DNA of 64,000 bases, taken from assembly GCF_009914755.1 (NCBI RefSeq), contig NC_060928.1, one strand, 5' to 3'. Every line of letters begins with the position of its first letter. Position 1 is the first letter of the stretch. This document shows positions 42,543 through 56,179 of this stretch, piece by piece. Made by a program: the position numbers and the translations under genes. This DNA comes from the human T2T-CHM13v2.0 reference genome, Homo sapiens. The notes under the pieces were generated by a model. The model saw nothing but the letters and a program-made list of their open reading frames with translations. It was not told the origin of the DNA and ran no database searches.

Positions 42543-43224
42543 AAATCCAAAATTGTAGCAGAAGTGTTTATGTTGGTGTCAAAAGGTCATGTTAGTGGTG
42601 AGATTTTGACTGACAGTTGTCAATTCTGGTGAGAGCCTATAGAGTGGACTTGAAATTGGGTTTGTGACTATAGCATGCTGACTCACAAAAGAAGAAATAG
42701 ATATATATATATTTATATTTATATTTTTATATTTTTATATATAATTCTTTTTCCTGGGCCAGCCTAGAGGTGAAAGCAGTTGATCACAAGGCCAGATCAT
42801 GCCATCTGGATTCTTCTAAAAAGGTACAGAATTAATAAACAGGAAGATTTACAAATCCTAGTACTGGACATTTTCCAATTCTAAAAATTGCTTATTTTTT
42901 CTTTGCTAGTGACATTTTTTTCAATGTAAAATTACCATGAACATTAGGAAATATTGTATGCAAATAGCACTCGAGGAGAAACACTTATCATCCAACTTCT
43001 GAATTTATTATTCAGGGGAAATAAAAATGTAAATTGATTGCAAATAAAGCTGCCAATTAAACTTATAAATTTTTCAAATATTCCTGTGATGACAGAGGCA
43101 AAAGCTTTTTTCCATTTTAATTTACTTATACTCTGAACAAAACAGAAGCCATGCTACAGAGGAGCATCAGGCAAGAAAAACAAGAGGTAGAGTGATGAAA
43201 GTTAAAATCAACGTGTTTCTTTCA

Positions 43225-43521
43225 TGCCAGACGCGGTGGCTCATGCCTGTAATCCCAGCACTTTGGGAGGCCGAGGCAGGTGGATCACTTGAGGTCAGGA
43301 GTACGAGACCAGCCTGACCAACATGGTGAAATCCCATCTCTACTAAAAATACAAAAATTAGCTGGGTGCGGTGGCAGGTGCCTGTAATCCCAGCTACTCG
43401 GGAGACTGAGGCAGGAAGAATCACTTGAACCTGGGAGGCAGAGGTTGCAGTGAGCCAAGATCGCACCACTGCACTCCAGCCTAGGTGACAGAGCAAGACT
43501 CCATCTCAAAAAAAAAAAAAA
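43225..43521 (+). mobile_element. AluS
   Basis: Full dimer with poly(A); degenerate TSD ending TTTCTTTCA on both sides. Confidence 0.95.
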
Positions 43522-45267
43522 TCTATTTCTTTCAGAGATTAATGATTTTCTTAGTGTACATCATGAAAAGAACAGTGTATTTACAATGAGCTACAAGTAT
43601 TACCTATATTTTGTAGAGAATTACAATATTGCATGTTTTTAATTCAAAACTAAAAAGAAAACTATGATGTCCACAATGAAAATCAAATCACATAGTCAAA
43701 ATTTAGCAGGATTTTTGTTACTAGCCTTTAGTGAAATACCTCTTCTCTTGAAACAGGTGTCATTTATTTTCAAGTAGGTTTCTAGGTTGAAACCTTTTTT
43801 GGCTTTTTAATCTTAGGTCAACAGTGGAAATGTTAGCACAAGGAAAGTTAATACCGATTTTCTCACCTTAGACTAACAAGGTTTCTGGATTGCATTGGCA
43901 AACTATTCAATAGAAATTTATAAAGGATACTTTAAGAGCAGGAAATCCCTTGTCAGGCAGAAAGCACTATAGGCAGACAATTCTCATGTCCAATGACTCC
44001 TACATTAAAAACAAATGTTTCATATGATTGAAATCATTTCATTACCCAGCTCATTCCTCTTATCTGGAGGTAATTTTTAACAGACTCCAGCCTCTTTTCC
44101 AGACACAAATTTCCAGCCACTCTCCTTCATGCCCCAAGAGGCCATTTCATAAGCAAGCTAACATCAATTCAAACAAGATTCATTTTTTCCATCACTTTAC
44201 ACCCTAGAAAACTGATACAGACTTCCCCAGTTGAAGTTTAATACAGAACATAGGTTTATGAAGTGTGGAACCTCATTTCAAATGTACACATAATATATCG
44301 ATATAGACTTTGGGAACATTTTCAAAGAATACAAATGTGCTAGGCCCAAGGCTTAAATGGTCCTTTTCACCGAAATACAGCTCATAAAAGATTTCAGAAG
44401 GTCAGAAAACTTTAAAATTTAGTGCCCTTGTTTGAGCTTTCCCAGAATGTTTTAATTTAGAAACTAAATTGTATATCCAGCATGCAAATGTGTAGTGTAA
44501 GCAATTCATTAGATTAAACATATTTGACCACTGAGGACCTGATTATGAATTTCAAAGCCTGAGTTCTTAGAGAAAAGGTGCATGAGTTAAAAACCATGAT
44601 GACAATCAATAATATATGATAATACATGAATAACAAAATGTCCCCAGACTCAATAATGTGGTTACTCTTAGTAGATACGCACTGAAGACCATGGTGATTC
44701 AAATTCTATATCCTGCCTGAGAAATGTCAACAAGGGATCTGATGTAATGCGCACAATTGTCTTTTACATGACATCTTTCTTAAAAGCTTGGAAATGTACA
44801 CCAGTCATATCCACCCTTCCTTACGGGTATGATATGTATTATGAAACCCTTCATATGTAAATTTATATTTTATCCTGAGAAATATGCTCTGTAATTAAAT
44901 TGGACTATGCAAAAATAGCTTTTTTTTTTTTTTTTTTTTTTTACTTAGTACAAACTGTCGTTTCTGGTTAATGGTTTTCTCTCTTCAAGGTAAGCATCCC
45001 ACTTCATTCATTCAACAAATGTGTATTGGTGCCTATTTCATGTTAGGTGTTGACATATAAAGCTGAAAAAATATTTTGCCTTTCAGAAGCTAAAAATTAA
45101 GAAACCTGGAATTAGGTTTAGGGATTTTTTTGCTTTTTATTTTTAAGAAGATTTGTTCAACTTCCATCCATATGCCTTTCATGATATTTTTATTTGATTT
45201 ACTTCCATCATTTTTATTTTATGCTGACTTATAAACATGATTTCTTCTCAAAAAGATGAATTTAAGA

Positions 45268-45700
45268 TGTGATGGTTAATTTTATGTTTCAAGTTGACTG
45301 GGTTAAGGGATGCCTAGATAGCTGGTAAAATATTATCTCTGGGCATTTCTGTGAGCATGTTTCCAGAAAGGGCAGCATTTGAATCAGCAGACTAAGTAAA
45401 GAAAGCTTGCCCTCACCAATGTGGGTGGATGTCATCCAATCCATTGAGAGCCCTGATAGAATAAAAACAAATAAACAACCAACAAAGAACAGAGCAGCAA
45501 GGGCAAATGTGCACCTGCTTGAGCTTGTGCATCCTTCTTTTCCTGCCCTTGGGCATAGGTACTGCTGCTTCTCCATTCTTTCGACTTGAATTCTACCAAC
45601 AGCTTTCCTTGTTCTCCAGCTTGCAGATGGCAGATTGGGGGAACTTTTCAGCCTCCTCCCTAATTGCATCAGCCAATTCTCTCTCTCTCTCTCTCCCTCT

Positions 45701-45749
<49 letters not shown>

Positions 45750-45777
45750 GGTTTCATATCTCTGGAGAACCCTAACA
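45268..45777 (+). mobile_element. MLT2 (ERVL) solo LTR with internal (CT)n(CA)n
   Basis: Starts TGTGATGGTTAATTTTATGT; ends TCTCTGGAGAACCCTAACA. Confidence 0.88.
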
Positions 45778-45949
45778 AAGAAAAAGCAACCTGTGATTCT
45801 ACTACTCAGAAAGAATCTCTGCAATTGATTTGTGTGCTGTCTTTCAATGTTCCCTTCCACACGATCATGCTTGCAAGTCTATCCGTCACAGGGAGGAGCC
45901 CTCTAGTCAGAAGCAGATTGACCGCCCCTTCACTGGCCTCCAGGCCTCT

Positions 45950-47830
45950 ATTTGTAGAAGTCAGGTGGGACATTCCCAGCTCTGAATACACCTGACCAGG
46001 TCTCCTAACCACTGCCTGCCTCACTCCATCGTGACTAATCTCACTGCACTGTTTATCCCTATTAATGTCAGGCACAAAAGAAGCTGAGTCTTCCCACTTT
46101 TCTCTAGTGTCCTGGCCTCTCATCTGCTTCTGAATCACCTTCTCAGAACTTATACTTTAATATTATTCTTAACTTATAGTTTCCCATCACCTCAAACCCT
46201 TACTCTGTGCCCCCAGAAGCTCTCATGTAATCAGACTTTCATTCAATCCTCTGTATCCTTAATACATTTTCTTAACTGTTTTTGGTGGCTTTCTGCTCTG
46301 AGAATACTGTGTCCCCTGAAGCCTTTCTTGAAAGTGAGAGATATGTCTTTTTGGCACCTTGCTGCTGCATCTGGACCATTCTCCTACAACATGCTTTGAA
46401 TCTCATGTTGTTGGAGGCTAGTCACCTTCAAAGGTGGAGTTGAGACAGCCAGATGGGAGGGAGTCCCTGGATAAACTCCAACCAGCCTGCCCACTGAGGT
46501 GGAGCCTCGGGAAGTTCACGACCTTTGCAGCAGGGAGGAGCCTGGCCTCTCTTTCCCTGGGTGGAATCTGGGATTCAAGCTGCTGGTGGGAAGTGCTCTA
46601 GCAGGGACTCTGGCCTAGCAAGAGTCTCTGTCTCTCCATTTTCTTCCTTTTCACGTAATAAAACCATGTCTCACTCACCATTGAAATTGTCTGAGAGCCT
46701 GAATTTTCATGGTCATGGGACAAAGGACCCTGTCTTTACCTGAACTAAGGAAAAGCCCCGAACAGAGTCACCCTCATTCCTGGCAGAGTTCCCCTATCCG
46801 TCTGACCACTGGCTTGCACATGCCCCTGGTTTTACTTCTAACTCACCAACCACTTCTCAGCCACCTTTGCTGCTCTGCTTTGTCTCTGACTTCTAAATGT
46901 TGGAGGACTTTGGCCCTTAGTCCTTTGATCCAGGTCTAATTGGGTCTCAGAGTCCTAATTACCTCCCAGAGAGCCGTCCTGATTTCTTCTGTCTAAATTT
47001 AAATTGGTCCCATTCTTTCGGTTGCTCAGACAAAAGTTAACATCATCCTTATAGAGGCATCCTTCACTTTACTCTTTCTCTTTCACGGTCATCTAATACA
47101 TCAACACATTTACATCCTAAATTCCAGGTTCTACAATCTCTAACGCGTGTCCTTTTTCACATTTTAAGATCTCTAAAATTGGTTATGGAAAAATGAATTA
47201 AATCATATCTGAATTGGAAGTTCTAATTGAGAGCCTCAATTGTGTATTTTCTTTGTGAGTTAAAATTCTTTGCTTAAAACCTTCCAGTGGGTTCTATTTT
47301 ACACTGGTTAAACTCAAAGTCATTAAAATCACTGAAAAATGCCCACACTTTCTGCTCGCCTTACCTCTGTGTGAATTTTCCCTTTGGTCAGTTCTTCCAG
47401 CCATGTTGGCCTTGGGGCACACAGGTGTCTCAGGCACTTTCCACTGTTCCCGCGGCTTTGGATGCTGGTCTTTTACATAGTCACATGTGTCACCTCCTCG
47501 CCCTCCTCAGGTCTTTCCACAGAATCCCCACCTCAGTCAAGCCTTCCCCGCCCGTCATATTTAAACCCACAGCACCAGTCCCTCCAGTGTTCCCTGCTGC
47601 ACTTCTTTATTACACTTTACACCTTAGCACTCACTACTTCATAACATGCCGTGTATTTACGTGCTTATGTTGCTTCTCTTGCTATCTCTTGTCTCCTGCT
47701 AGAAAGTATCATAAAGGACAAAAGTTCCCTATTCTTCAGTTTTGCGCTTTAATTCATTTCCCTAGCCTTTGTGATGAAACTACACCGGGCCAAAAATTGG
47801 TGGTTAATACTTCTTTATGAAATAAATGAA
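45950..47830 (+). mobile_element. Degenerate L2 pieces flanking the MER61 LTR
   Basis: TTGCTCAGACAAAA and TTGCTTAAAACCTTCCAGTGG...CATAAAGGACA...ATGAAATAAATGAAT resemble the L2 3' region. Confidence 0.5.
46441..46764 (+). mobile_element. MER61-like ERV1 solo LTR
   Basis: Starts TGAGACAGCCAGATGGGAGGG...AAACTCCAACCAGCCTGC; ends AACA; perfect 4-bp TSD GAGT (46437-46440, 46765-46768). Confidence 0.8.
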
Positions 47831-49331
47831 TATTTAATGTAGATGTAATTCCTCTTTTATAAAATTAGGGCCAAGTTGGGTATATGTCTACTCCTCGTAT
47901 CAGTAGCAATTTGGAGAATACACAGTTGATTTTTATCTGGGATAAATTAAATTTGAATATCTTAAATATGTATTTTAATTTTTAAAAATGTAATTAGATT
48001 ATTATAATTATAATTCATATTATAAATATTATAACGATATCTGATAATTGCAGATCACATTTAGTAAGCATTTCATATATCAATTTTTATGCTAAATATA
48101 TTTATTTAATATTTGATTCAATTTTCATTATATGCCTTTGAGTTAGGTGATATAACCCTGTTTTAGAAATTAGAAAAGTAATTCTCAGAGAAATTAAATG
48201 AGTAGCTCAAGTATCCCAGTAGCACAAGAGCTAGAGGGCTGGCATTCCAATTCAAATCCAACCCATTCAAAATCCTGTTCTAAATAATTCATTATTCAGC
48301 CTCTGAAAGTCAAATGCAGAAACTATGGGGAGAATCACACTGGTTGTATCTGCAACACTTGTTCAGATGGACCTAGTTCTGCTGTTTATCACCAGGTCTT
48401 CTATCCAGAGGCACCCCTGTCCATGGGTTCTTTATTTGCATTCTCTTGCAATCAGCTGCTGTGATTCATAGATGTATATGTGACCTTTGCAGAAGTTGGG
48501 GCTCCAACATCATCTGTGATACTCTGTAAATAGTCTGGTTTTGCTTACTGATTTTTTGTTTCTTTCCTGTTTTGTTTTGTTACACTATGGTTGCCTGCCC
48601 GAAGTAGAAATACATGCTTCCTTGTTCAACTTTGGTGAAGAGAGAAAGCATCTTCCACAGCATGAAAGCCTTTTACTTCTGTCTGGTTGAACCAAATAGG
48701 ACATGTGCCTTCTTATGGACCCACAACTGTCACCTAGGGAATGCTGGCCTGGATGGACAAAGCCTAGTTTCCCCAACCAATCGGCTGTTAGAGGCATGGG
48801 GTCACTGTGGCTAGCTTAATCTAAGGAGAATTCGTGCTTGGAGGTGAGGATGGAGTGGCCTTCCAGGGAGACACTTGAGGTGTGTGATTGGATAAGAAAA
48901 GATGCTCCGTGACTTGCCAGGATTAGCTTAGGTCAGACAAGCTGAGATTTCATTAGGTGGAGATCAGCCTGGATACCTGTTTATTTCTTTCAGATGCAGC
49001 TTCCATGAACAAAGGGGAGTTTACATTTGCTCTACATTTTCCCTATAGCTTGAGTATCTGGTAGTCTGCAGAGGGTGGTGAAGAAAGCAGAAAAGGAAGA
49101 AATCATGGTGAGAATTTTGGTTTTTTATACTGTGTCTCCCGTCATGGTTTGGTGCAGCAGTGAGACGTTAAGTTCCATGAGGGCCCCATTTTTCTGGTAC
49201 TGTTATTCCTGGTGTCTACTGAGGCTATGCCCTGCCCAGTGGTGGCACCTGATCTGTTGGTGAGAGCAAGAACATGTCCCCTCCCTCTGACCCACTCTCA
49301 TCAAGATCCTCACCTCTCAGATGCAGGAGGT

Positions 49332-51757
49332 TGATAGGGTTTGGATCTGTGTCCCCACCTAAATCTCAGGTTGAATTGTAATTCCCAGTGTTGAAGGTAG
49401 TAGGGCCTGGGGGGAAGTGATTGGATTATGGAGACAGTTTCTCATGAATGGTTTAGCACCATTCCTGGTGATGCTGTTCTTGAGATAATGAGCAATTTCT
49501 CATGAGATCTAGTTGTTTAAAAGTGTGTGGCAACTCCCTCCAGTCTCTACTACCTTCTACTCTGGCCATGTGAGACAGCTTGTGCCCCCTTTGCCTCCAC
49601 CAGGATTGGAAGATTCCCGAGACCTCTGCAGAAGCAGAAGCTGCAATTCGTCCTGTACAGCCTCTAGAACTGTAAGCCAAATAAACCTCTTTTCTTGCAA
49701 AGTACCCAGTCTCCAGTATTTCTTTATAGCAGTGTGAGAAAGGACTAATACAGAAAATTGGTACCGAGGAATGAGGCATTGCTGTAAAGATACCTGAAAA
49801 TGTGGAAGTGGCTTTAGAACAGGTGATGGACAGAGTTTGCAAAAGTGTGAAGGGCTCAAAAGAAGACAGGAAGATGAGGGAGAATTTGGAATTTTCTAGA
49901 AACTTGTTGAATGGAGTGATTTGAACAATGAAGAGGACTCTGATGGATGTAGGAACTTATTGGGAACTGGAACAAAGGTCACTTTTGTTAAGCTTTAGCA
50001 AAGATCCTGGCTGCACTGTGCACCTACTTTAGAGATCTGTGGAATTTTGAATTGAGAGTGATAATTTAGGGTATCCAGCAGAAGAAATTTCTAAGCAACA
50101 AAGAGTTCAAGATCTCACCTGGCTGCTTGTAACAGCCTATGCTCATATGTGTGAGCAAAGAAATGATCTGAAACAGGAATTTATATTTAAAAGGGAAGCA
50201 GAGCATGAAAGTTTGGAAAATTTGCAGTCTGGCCATGTGGTAGGAAAGGAAAGCCTATTTTTAGGAAAGAAATTCAAGCACGCTGCAGAAATTTGCATAA
50301 CCAAAAGCAAAGCAAGTGCTGATAGTCAAGACAAAGGAGAAAAGGCCTCTAAGAAATATCACAGACTTTCATGGCAGACATTCTCATCACAGTCTTAGAG
50401 GCCTAGGAGGAAAAAATGGTTTCCTGGGGAAGGCCCAGGCCCCTGCTGCCCTGTGCAGCCTCAGGACACTACTTGCTGAATACCAGGCACTCCAGCTGCA
50501 GCTGTGGCTCAAAAAGACAGGTACAGCTTGGTCACTACTTTACAGGGTGCAAGTTGTAAGTCTTGGCAGCTTCCATGTGGTGTTAAGCATGCAGGCACAC
50601 AGACTGCAGGAGTTGACCCTTGGGAGCATCCACCTAGATTTCAGAGAATGTCTGGAAAAGCCTGTATTTTCAGGCAGAAGCCTGCTGCAGGGGCAGAGCC
50701 CTCATGAAGAACCTCTACTAGAGGACTGTGGAGGGGAAATATAGAGTTGGCTCCCCCTCACAGAGTCCCCCCTGGAGCACTGCCTAGTGGAGCTGTGAGA
50801 AGAGGGCCACCATTCTCCAGACCCCAGAATGGTAGATCCACTGTCAGCTTGCACCCTGTGCCTGGAAAAGCCATAGGCACTCAATGCCAACCCATGAGAG
50901 CAGCCATGGGGGCTGAACCTTGCAAAGTCACAGAGGCAGAGCTGCCCAAGGCCTTGGGAGCCCTCCACTTGCATTAGTGAACCCTGGTTGTAAGACATGG
51001 AGTCAAAGGAGATTATTTTGGAACATTATGGTTTAATGGCTGCTGTGCTGGGTTCTGGACTTGCGTGGGGCCTGTAGACCCTTTCTTTTGGCTGATTTCT
51101 CCATTTTGGAACAGGAGTATTTACCCAATGCCTGTATCCCCATTATATCTTGGAAGTAACTAACTTATTTTGATTTTACAGGCTCATAGGTGGAAGGAAG
51201 TAGCCTTATCTTAGATGAGAGTTTGAACTTTGGAGTTAATGCTGAAATGGGTTAAGATTTTCAGGGATTTCTGGGAAGGCATGATTATATTTTGCAATGG
51301 AAGACGGATATAAGATTTGGGAAGGGCTAGGGGAGAAATGATGTGCTTTGGATCTGTGTTCCCATACCAAATCCCATGTCAAATTGTAATCTCCAATGTT
51401 GAAGGTGGAGCCTGGTGGGAGGTGATTAGATCATGGGGGTGGTTTCTTATGAATTGTTTAACACCATCCCTGGTGGTTCTGTTCTTATGATAGGGAGTGA
51501 GTTCTTGTGAGATCTGTTTGCTTAAAAGTGTATGGCACCTCCCTGCTCTCTCCCTTCCTTCTCCTCCAGCCATGTGAAGTGCTTCACCTCCCATTTGCCT
51601 TCTGCTGTGATTGGAAGTTTCCTGAGGTGTCCCCAGAAACAGAAGCAGCTATGTTTCCTGTATACCCTAGAGAACCATGAGCCAAAAAAACTTCTTTTCT
51701 TATGAATTACCCAGTCTTTAGTACTTCTTTAAAGCAGTGGGAGAATAGATTAATACA
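49332..51757 (+). mobile_element. Complete MSTA-like MaLR provirus (LTR 49332-49752, internal region, LTR 51339-51757)
   Basis: Both LTRs contain TTTGGATCTGTGT(C/T)CCCA and end TAATACA; perfect 5-bp TSD GAGGT (49327-49331, 51758-51762). The internal region is clearly homologous to that at 650-3397. Confidence 0.93.
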
Positions 51758-52587
51758 GAGGTATTCCAGAATCTTGCCCAGGTTTTCTCCACTCATTTTT
51801 CATATTTTGAATTGCCCCAAAGTCTTTTTGCTCTCTGTATAAACATGCCAAATACTTAGCAGATATTCTTAAGTTTCTACCATTTGTATGACAGCCTTTT
51901 CTAGGATTCAGTAATGTGGACGTTTTTCATTGCTTTTCCTCTTCTCTAACTCACTTGTCATGCCAATAGAACACTGAAGAAGGAGAAGGGAATTGGAGAT
52001 CTCACCACAGGAGAATAAGGTTCTCTCTGGTTAAGAGGCTAGGCTCTGGAACTGGGTGAAAAGATCATATGCCAGCTCTGTTGCTTACCAGATTAGACAG
52101 TTATTTAACCACGGGGCCTTTCTGTCTGCCTCTGTAAAATGGGAATTATACTAGTGCCAGCTCCACATGATGGCCAAGAGGATTAAACAGTTTTTCACAT
52201 GTTAACTTAGAAGTATGTTAAACCAACCAGTGAATGTCTAGTATTATCAATATTATGTCATACCTAAACCTAATTTCAAAGATTTCTTCTTAAAGTTTGT
52301 ATTTATACAGTATACTCTGTCTCTTTTACTCATTTTGTTGGCCTTCCCTAGCCCACCATAGTTTCCATAGACCTTTGTTGAAATATGGTAACTAAAATAT
52401 ATACTATATCCCAGGTATTCAACAGGAGAATGCAATATCTGTGTTGTTTCTAGTTTTGTTTCTAATTATTTATTACACTGAAATACTAGGTATGGCTAGC
52501 CTGAAATTATTTACAGTAATTAGGGATAGCAAATGTATCAATAAACTGAATATCTGAAAAATATAATTAAAAAATTAGTGTACCTTT

Positions 52588-53620
52588 TGTAGTGATATTA
52601 AAACACAATTCCAAATTCTCTGACTTGCCTTCCATCAGGAAATGGATCTAGGTCCCCTCTCTTAAATCTGAACAATTTGGTTGCTTGGTTAATAGAATAC
52701 AGTAGAATGGGTGATGACCTAGGTCTTAACAAATTGGTAGTGTCCAGTTTCCGCCTCTGAAAAATCTCACTTTTTAAACATAGCCACTGTGCAGTCAGAG
52801 AAATCCCCGGTGGCCTGTGGAAAAGCCCATGTGAAGAGGAATAGAAGTCCTAGTCCCTAGGCCAGCTGGGCCTCCAGGTGACATCCAGCACCCACTTCCC
52901 AACTTATGAGTGTCCAGGCACCAGCCATCGCCCAGTTCCCGACTTATGAGTGTCCAGACACCAGCCAGCGCCCACTTCCCATCTCATGAGTGTCTAGGCA
53001 CCAGCCATCGCCCACTTCCCGACTTATGATTGGCCAGACACCAGCCAGTGCCCACTTCCTGACTTATGAGGGTCCAGACACCAACCAGCACCCACTTCCC
53101 AACTTATGATTGTCCAGACACCAGCCAGCACCCACTTCCCAACTTATGAGTTTCCAGACACCAGCCAGCACCCACTTCCCAACTTATGAGTGTCCAGGCA
53201 ACAGCCATTGCCCATTTCCCAACTTATGATTGTCCAGACGCCAGCCATCACCCATTTCCCAACTTATGATTGTCCAGTCGCCAGCCAGCGCCCACTTCCC
53301 AACTTATGATTGTCCAGGCGCCAGCCATCGTCCGCTTCCCAACTTATGAGTGTCCAGGCACCAGCCAACACCCATTTCCCAACTCAAGAGTGTCCAGACA
53401 CCAGCCATCGGCCACTTCCCGGCTCATGAGTGAGCCATCTCGGAAGTAGATCCTCCAGTCCCCAGTCAATCTGTCTCAGCATATGCCACTTGGAACAAAA
53501 AACAAACTGTCCCTACCAAGCCCTGCCCATCTAGCAAATTCATGAGTAATATATATGATTGCTGTGGCTTTTGACCACTAAGTTTTGGGGTGGTTTTCAG
53601 TAAGTAATGGAGACAGACTA
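52588..53620 (+). mobile_element. MLT1F/G-like MaLR LTR containing a minisatellite
   Basis: GGCCTGTGGAAAAGCCCATGTGAAGAGGAA before the array; GAGTGAGCCATCTCGGAAGTAGATCCTCCAG...CCACTAAGTTTTGGGGTGGTT after it. Confidence 0.75.
52885..53432. repeat. 40-bp minisatellite CACCAGCCAGCACCCACTTCCCAACTTATGAGTGTCCAGA, about 13-14 copies
   Basis: Units start at 52919, 52959, 52999, 53039 and onward with period 40. Confidence 0.95.
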
Positions 53621-54659
53621 TAATGTCTTATCCTACCTAATTGAAACTTTGATATATAATCTTGAAATAGTGTGAATTATGGCAGCAGTAACTTATTTTA
53701 GCTTCAGGTGTTTCTCTATTCCTCAATACTTTCCAATAAAGGATCTACAAAGCAAAAGGGCCAAAATTTAAGGAGACCAAGGCTGATGCAATGCTTGAGT
53801 AATCCACAAACTAGATAATCAATGTTGTGTCATTGAGATAGAAAGTACAATTATCCTAAAAGTCAATGTGTGAAGAATTAAAATGAGACATTACGGCATT
53901 GCCCATATCTCAGGAGAGCATAAATCTTCTGGGAGAAACTACTTCTTAGAAGCAGGATAGTGAATATGGGGCATTGCAACTCGAGCTATTGGGCTGACAT
54001 CTTAACTTTTACTAGGTCTCAGATCTAAAGTTTTGATTTATATGAAATATACTAAATCAATATCAGTGCCAGATATTGGAGCACATGTGTTCACATGATC
54101 TTTGTCATGTCATTTTCTTAGAAGATTGTATCAATTCACACAATATTTTCTTTCAGGAAGAAATGCTCTCCTCCTTGCCTTGAAACTTCTCTGCATAAAA
54201 TGAACAATCTGGGAATAGTGTAAATATTTTCCAACACAGGATCACTGTATTTTTCAATTTTTAATTACAGTTTTGTTTTCACCGTTACGTGAAATCATTC
54301 TGCCATTTAGGTACATTTGAGCACCATTTAAAAAACAGTAATTATTATAAATGACTAAATAACTTCAAAGGAGAGATTTCTTTCTTTTAGAAAGTGTCAT
54401 CCTAACAAACTTTCCAATTGCAAAAATGATACTCAAGGTGATCCATTATGTACTTCAAGACACTGGACTTCATTTAAAGGGAAGAAGGAGAAATGGCCGC
54501 AGTAAAAGTTGTAAAATAAAAATAAAATGTCTTACAGACATGAAAAGAAATAGTTTACAAGTCAACATATTGATCTTAAAATAATTCAAATAAATATTGA
54601 CTATCTTCAAATAAAGGGAATGATTACATAATTTAAGGCTATCCATTGAAAGAGATTGG

Positions 54660-54997
<338 letters not shown>

Positions 54998-55391
54998 GAC
55001 TTACGAATTTACATATGTCAATTGCATTTATTCCTAAGAACATTATTCCAAGGCTGAGAATTTACCCACTTCTGACTACAGGAGTACAATAACCAGCAAG
55101 TGCTGATAAGAAAGCAACATTTTAGATACAGACTTTCCAGGAGTTAATAAATAATATAGTGAAAGTTACTATGGTCCCATTGTTTTTAGTTTAATCTTGA
55201 TATTATGCATATGTTTCAAAATGGGGTCCTATTCATATCTCATTTTCCTCAAGTGCTCGAGAATCATGCCTTCTATTCATTATGTGTTACAGCCGTCCTC
55301 AGTTGTTTTTAAATGACTGCATGTTTCATTCAGCAGCTTTCTTAATGGGGCAGCTGGAAAAATAAAAGATGACTGATGAAGCAGTGACGCT

Positions 55392-55588
55392 CATTTAAGC
55401 CACTGGCAAATATCATGTTATCCCCTGAGATTGGTGGCATTACCACCTTTCTCCATGCCCATTGAAGCCACTAGTAAGTATCATGTTATCCCCTGAGATC
55501 AGTGGCATTACCACCTTTCTCCTTGTCCATTTAAGCCACTGGTAAATAACGTGTTATCCCGAGATCAGTGGCATTACTACTTTCTCCT
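55392..55588. repeat. 68-bp tandem repeat, about 3 copies
   Basis: CATT(T/G)AAGCCACT...TGTTATCCC...GTGGCATTAC at 55392, 55460 and 55528. Confidence 0.92.
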
Positions 55589-56179
55589 GTGTACTCACAG
55601 ACGTATGTGCACATGTGAGCAACCAAGAACAGATGTAAAAAGAGTGTCCTGGGGATGTTATTAGGTTAAAAAAGTTCGTTACATCACAAAGAAGAAAATA
55701 GTTCCGTTATTTATAAGTAAGCTTTCAAACTGGAAAAATGTGATTTTGGTTAATATCATTTAGAGTGAAAATCAGAGAAGCCATTTATCAAAGATGAATT
55801 TTGAATGAGTATAAATAATGTATGTATACTTATATAATATTTATGAAACACAGAATAATATATATGTGCTTATTTTCAAAATTGCTTAATAAATAAACAT
55901 GGTGGTGCCAATTATAATTTTTAATTATTTAGTTTCTTGTTGATTCATTGATAAATTAGTTTTTCAGTTGACTTTATTTTCACTGATATCTTTCACTGGA
56001 GTTAAATTTTACTGCTTTATACATTTCCTTCTTGAGGAAATGTTAGTTTAGTTTTGCTGGTTTTTAGATTAACAAACTATCAATATTTTGTGAGTTTTTA
56101 ATATTCCCAATGCATTATTCTTTGTAAAAAAATCCATGATCACTATTACTGAAAAAGACTGTGAGGAGAAGCTCAAAAG

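Noticed and set aside
46441-46764. p53 response element known from some MER61 subfamilies
   Set aside because: I see no paired RRRCWWGYYY half-sites in this copy.
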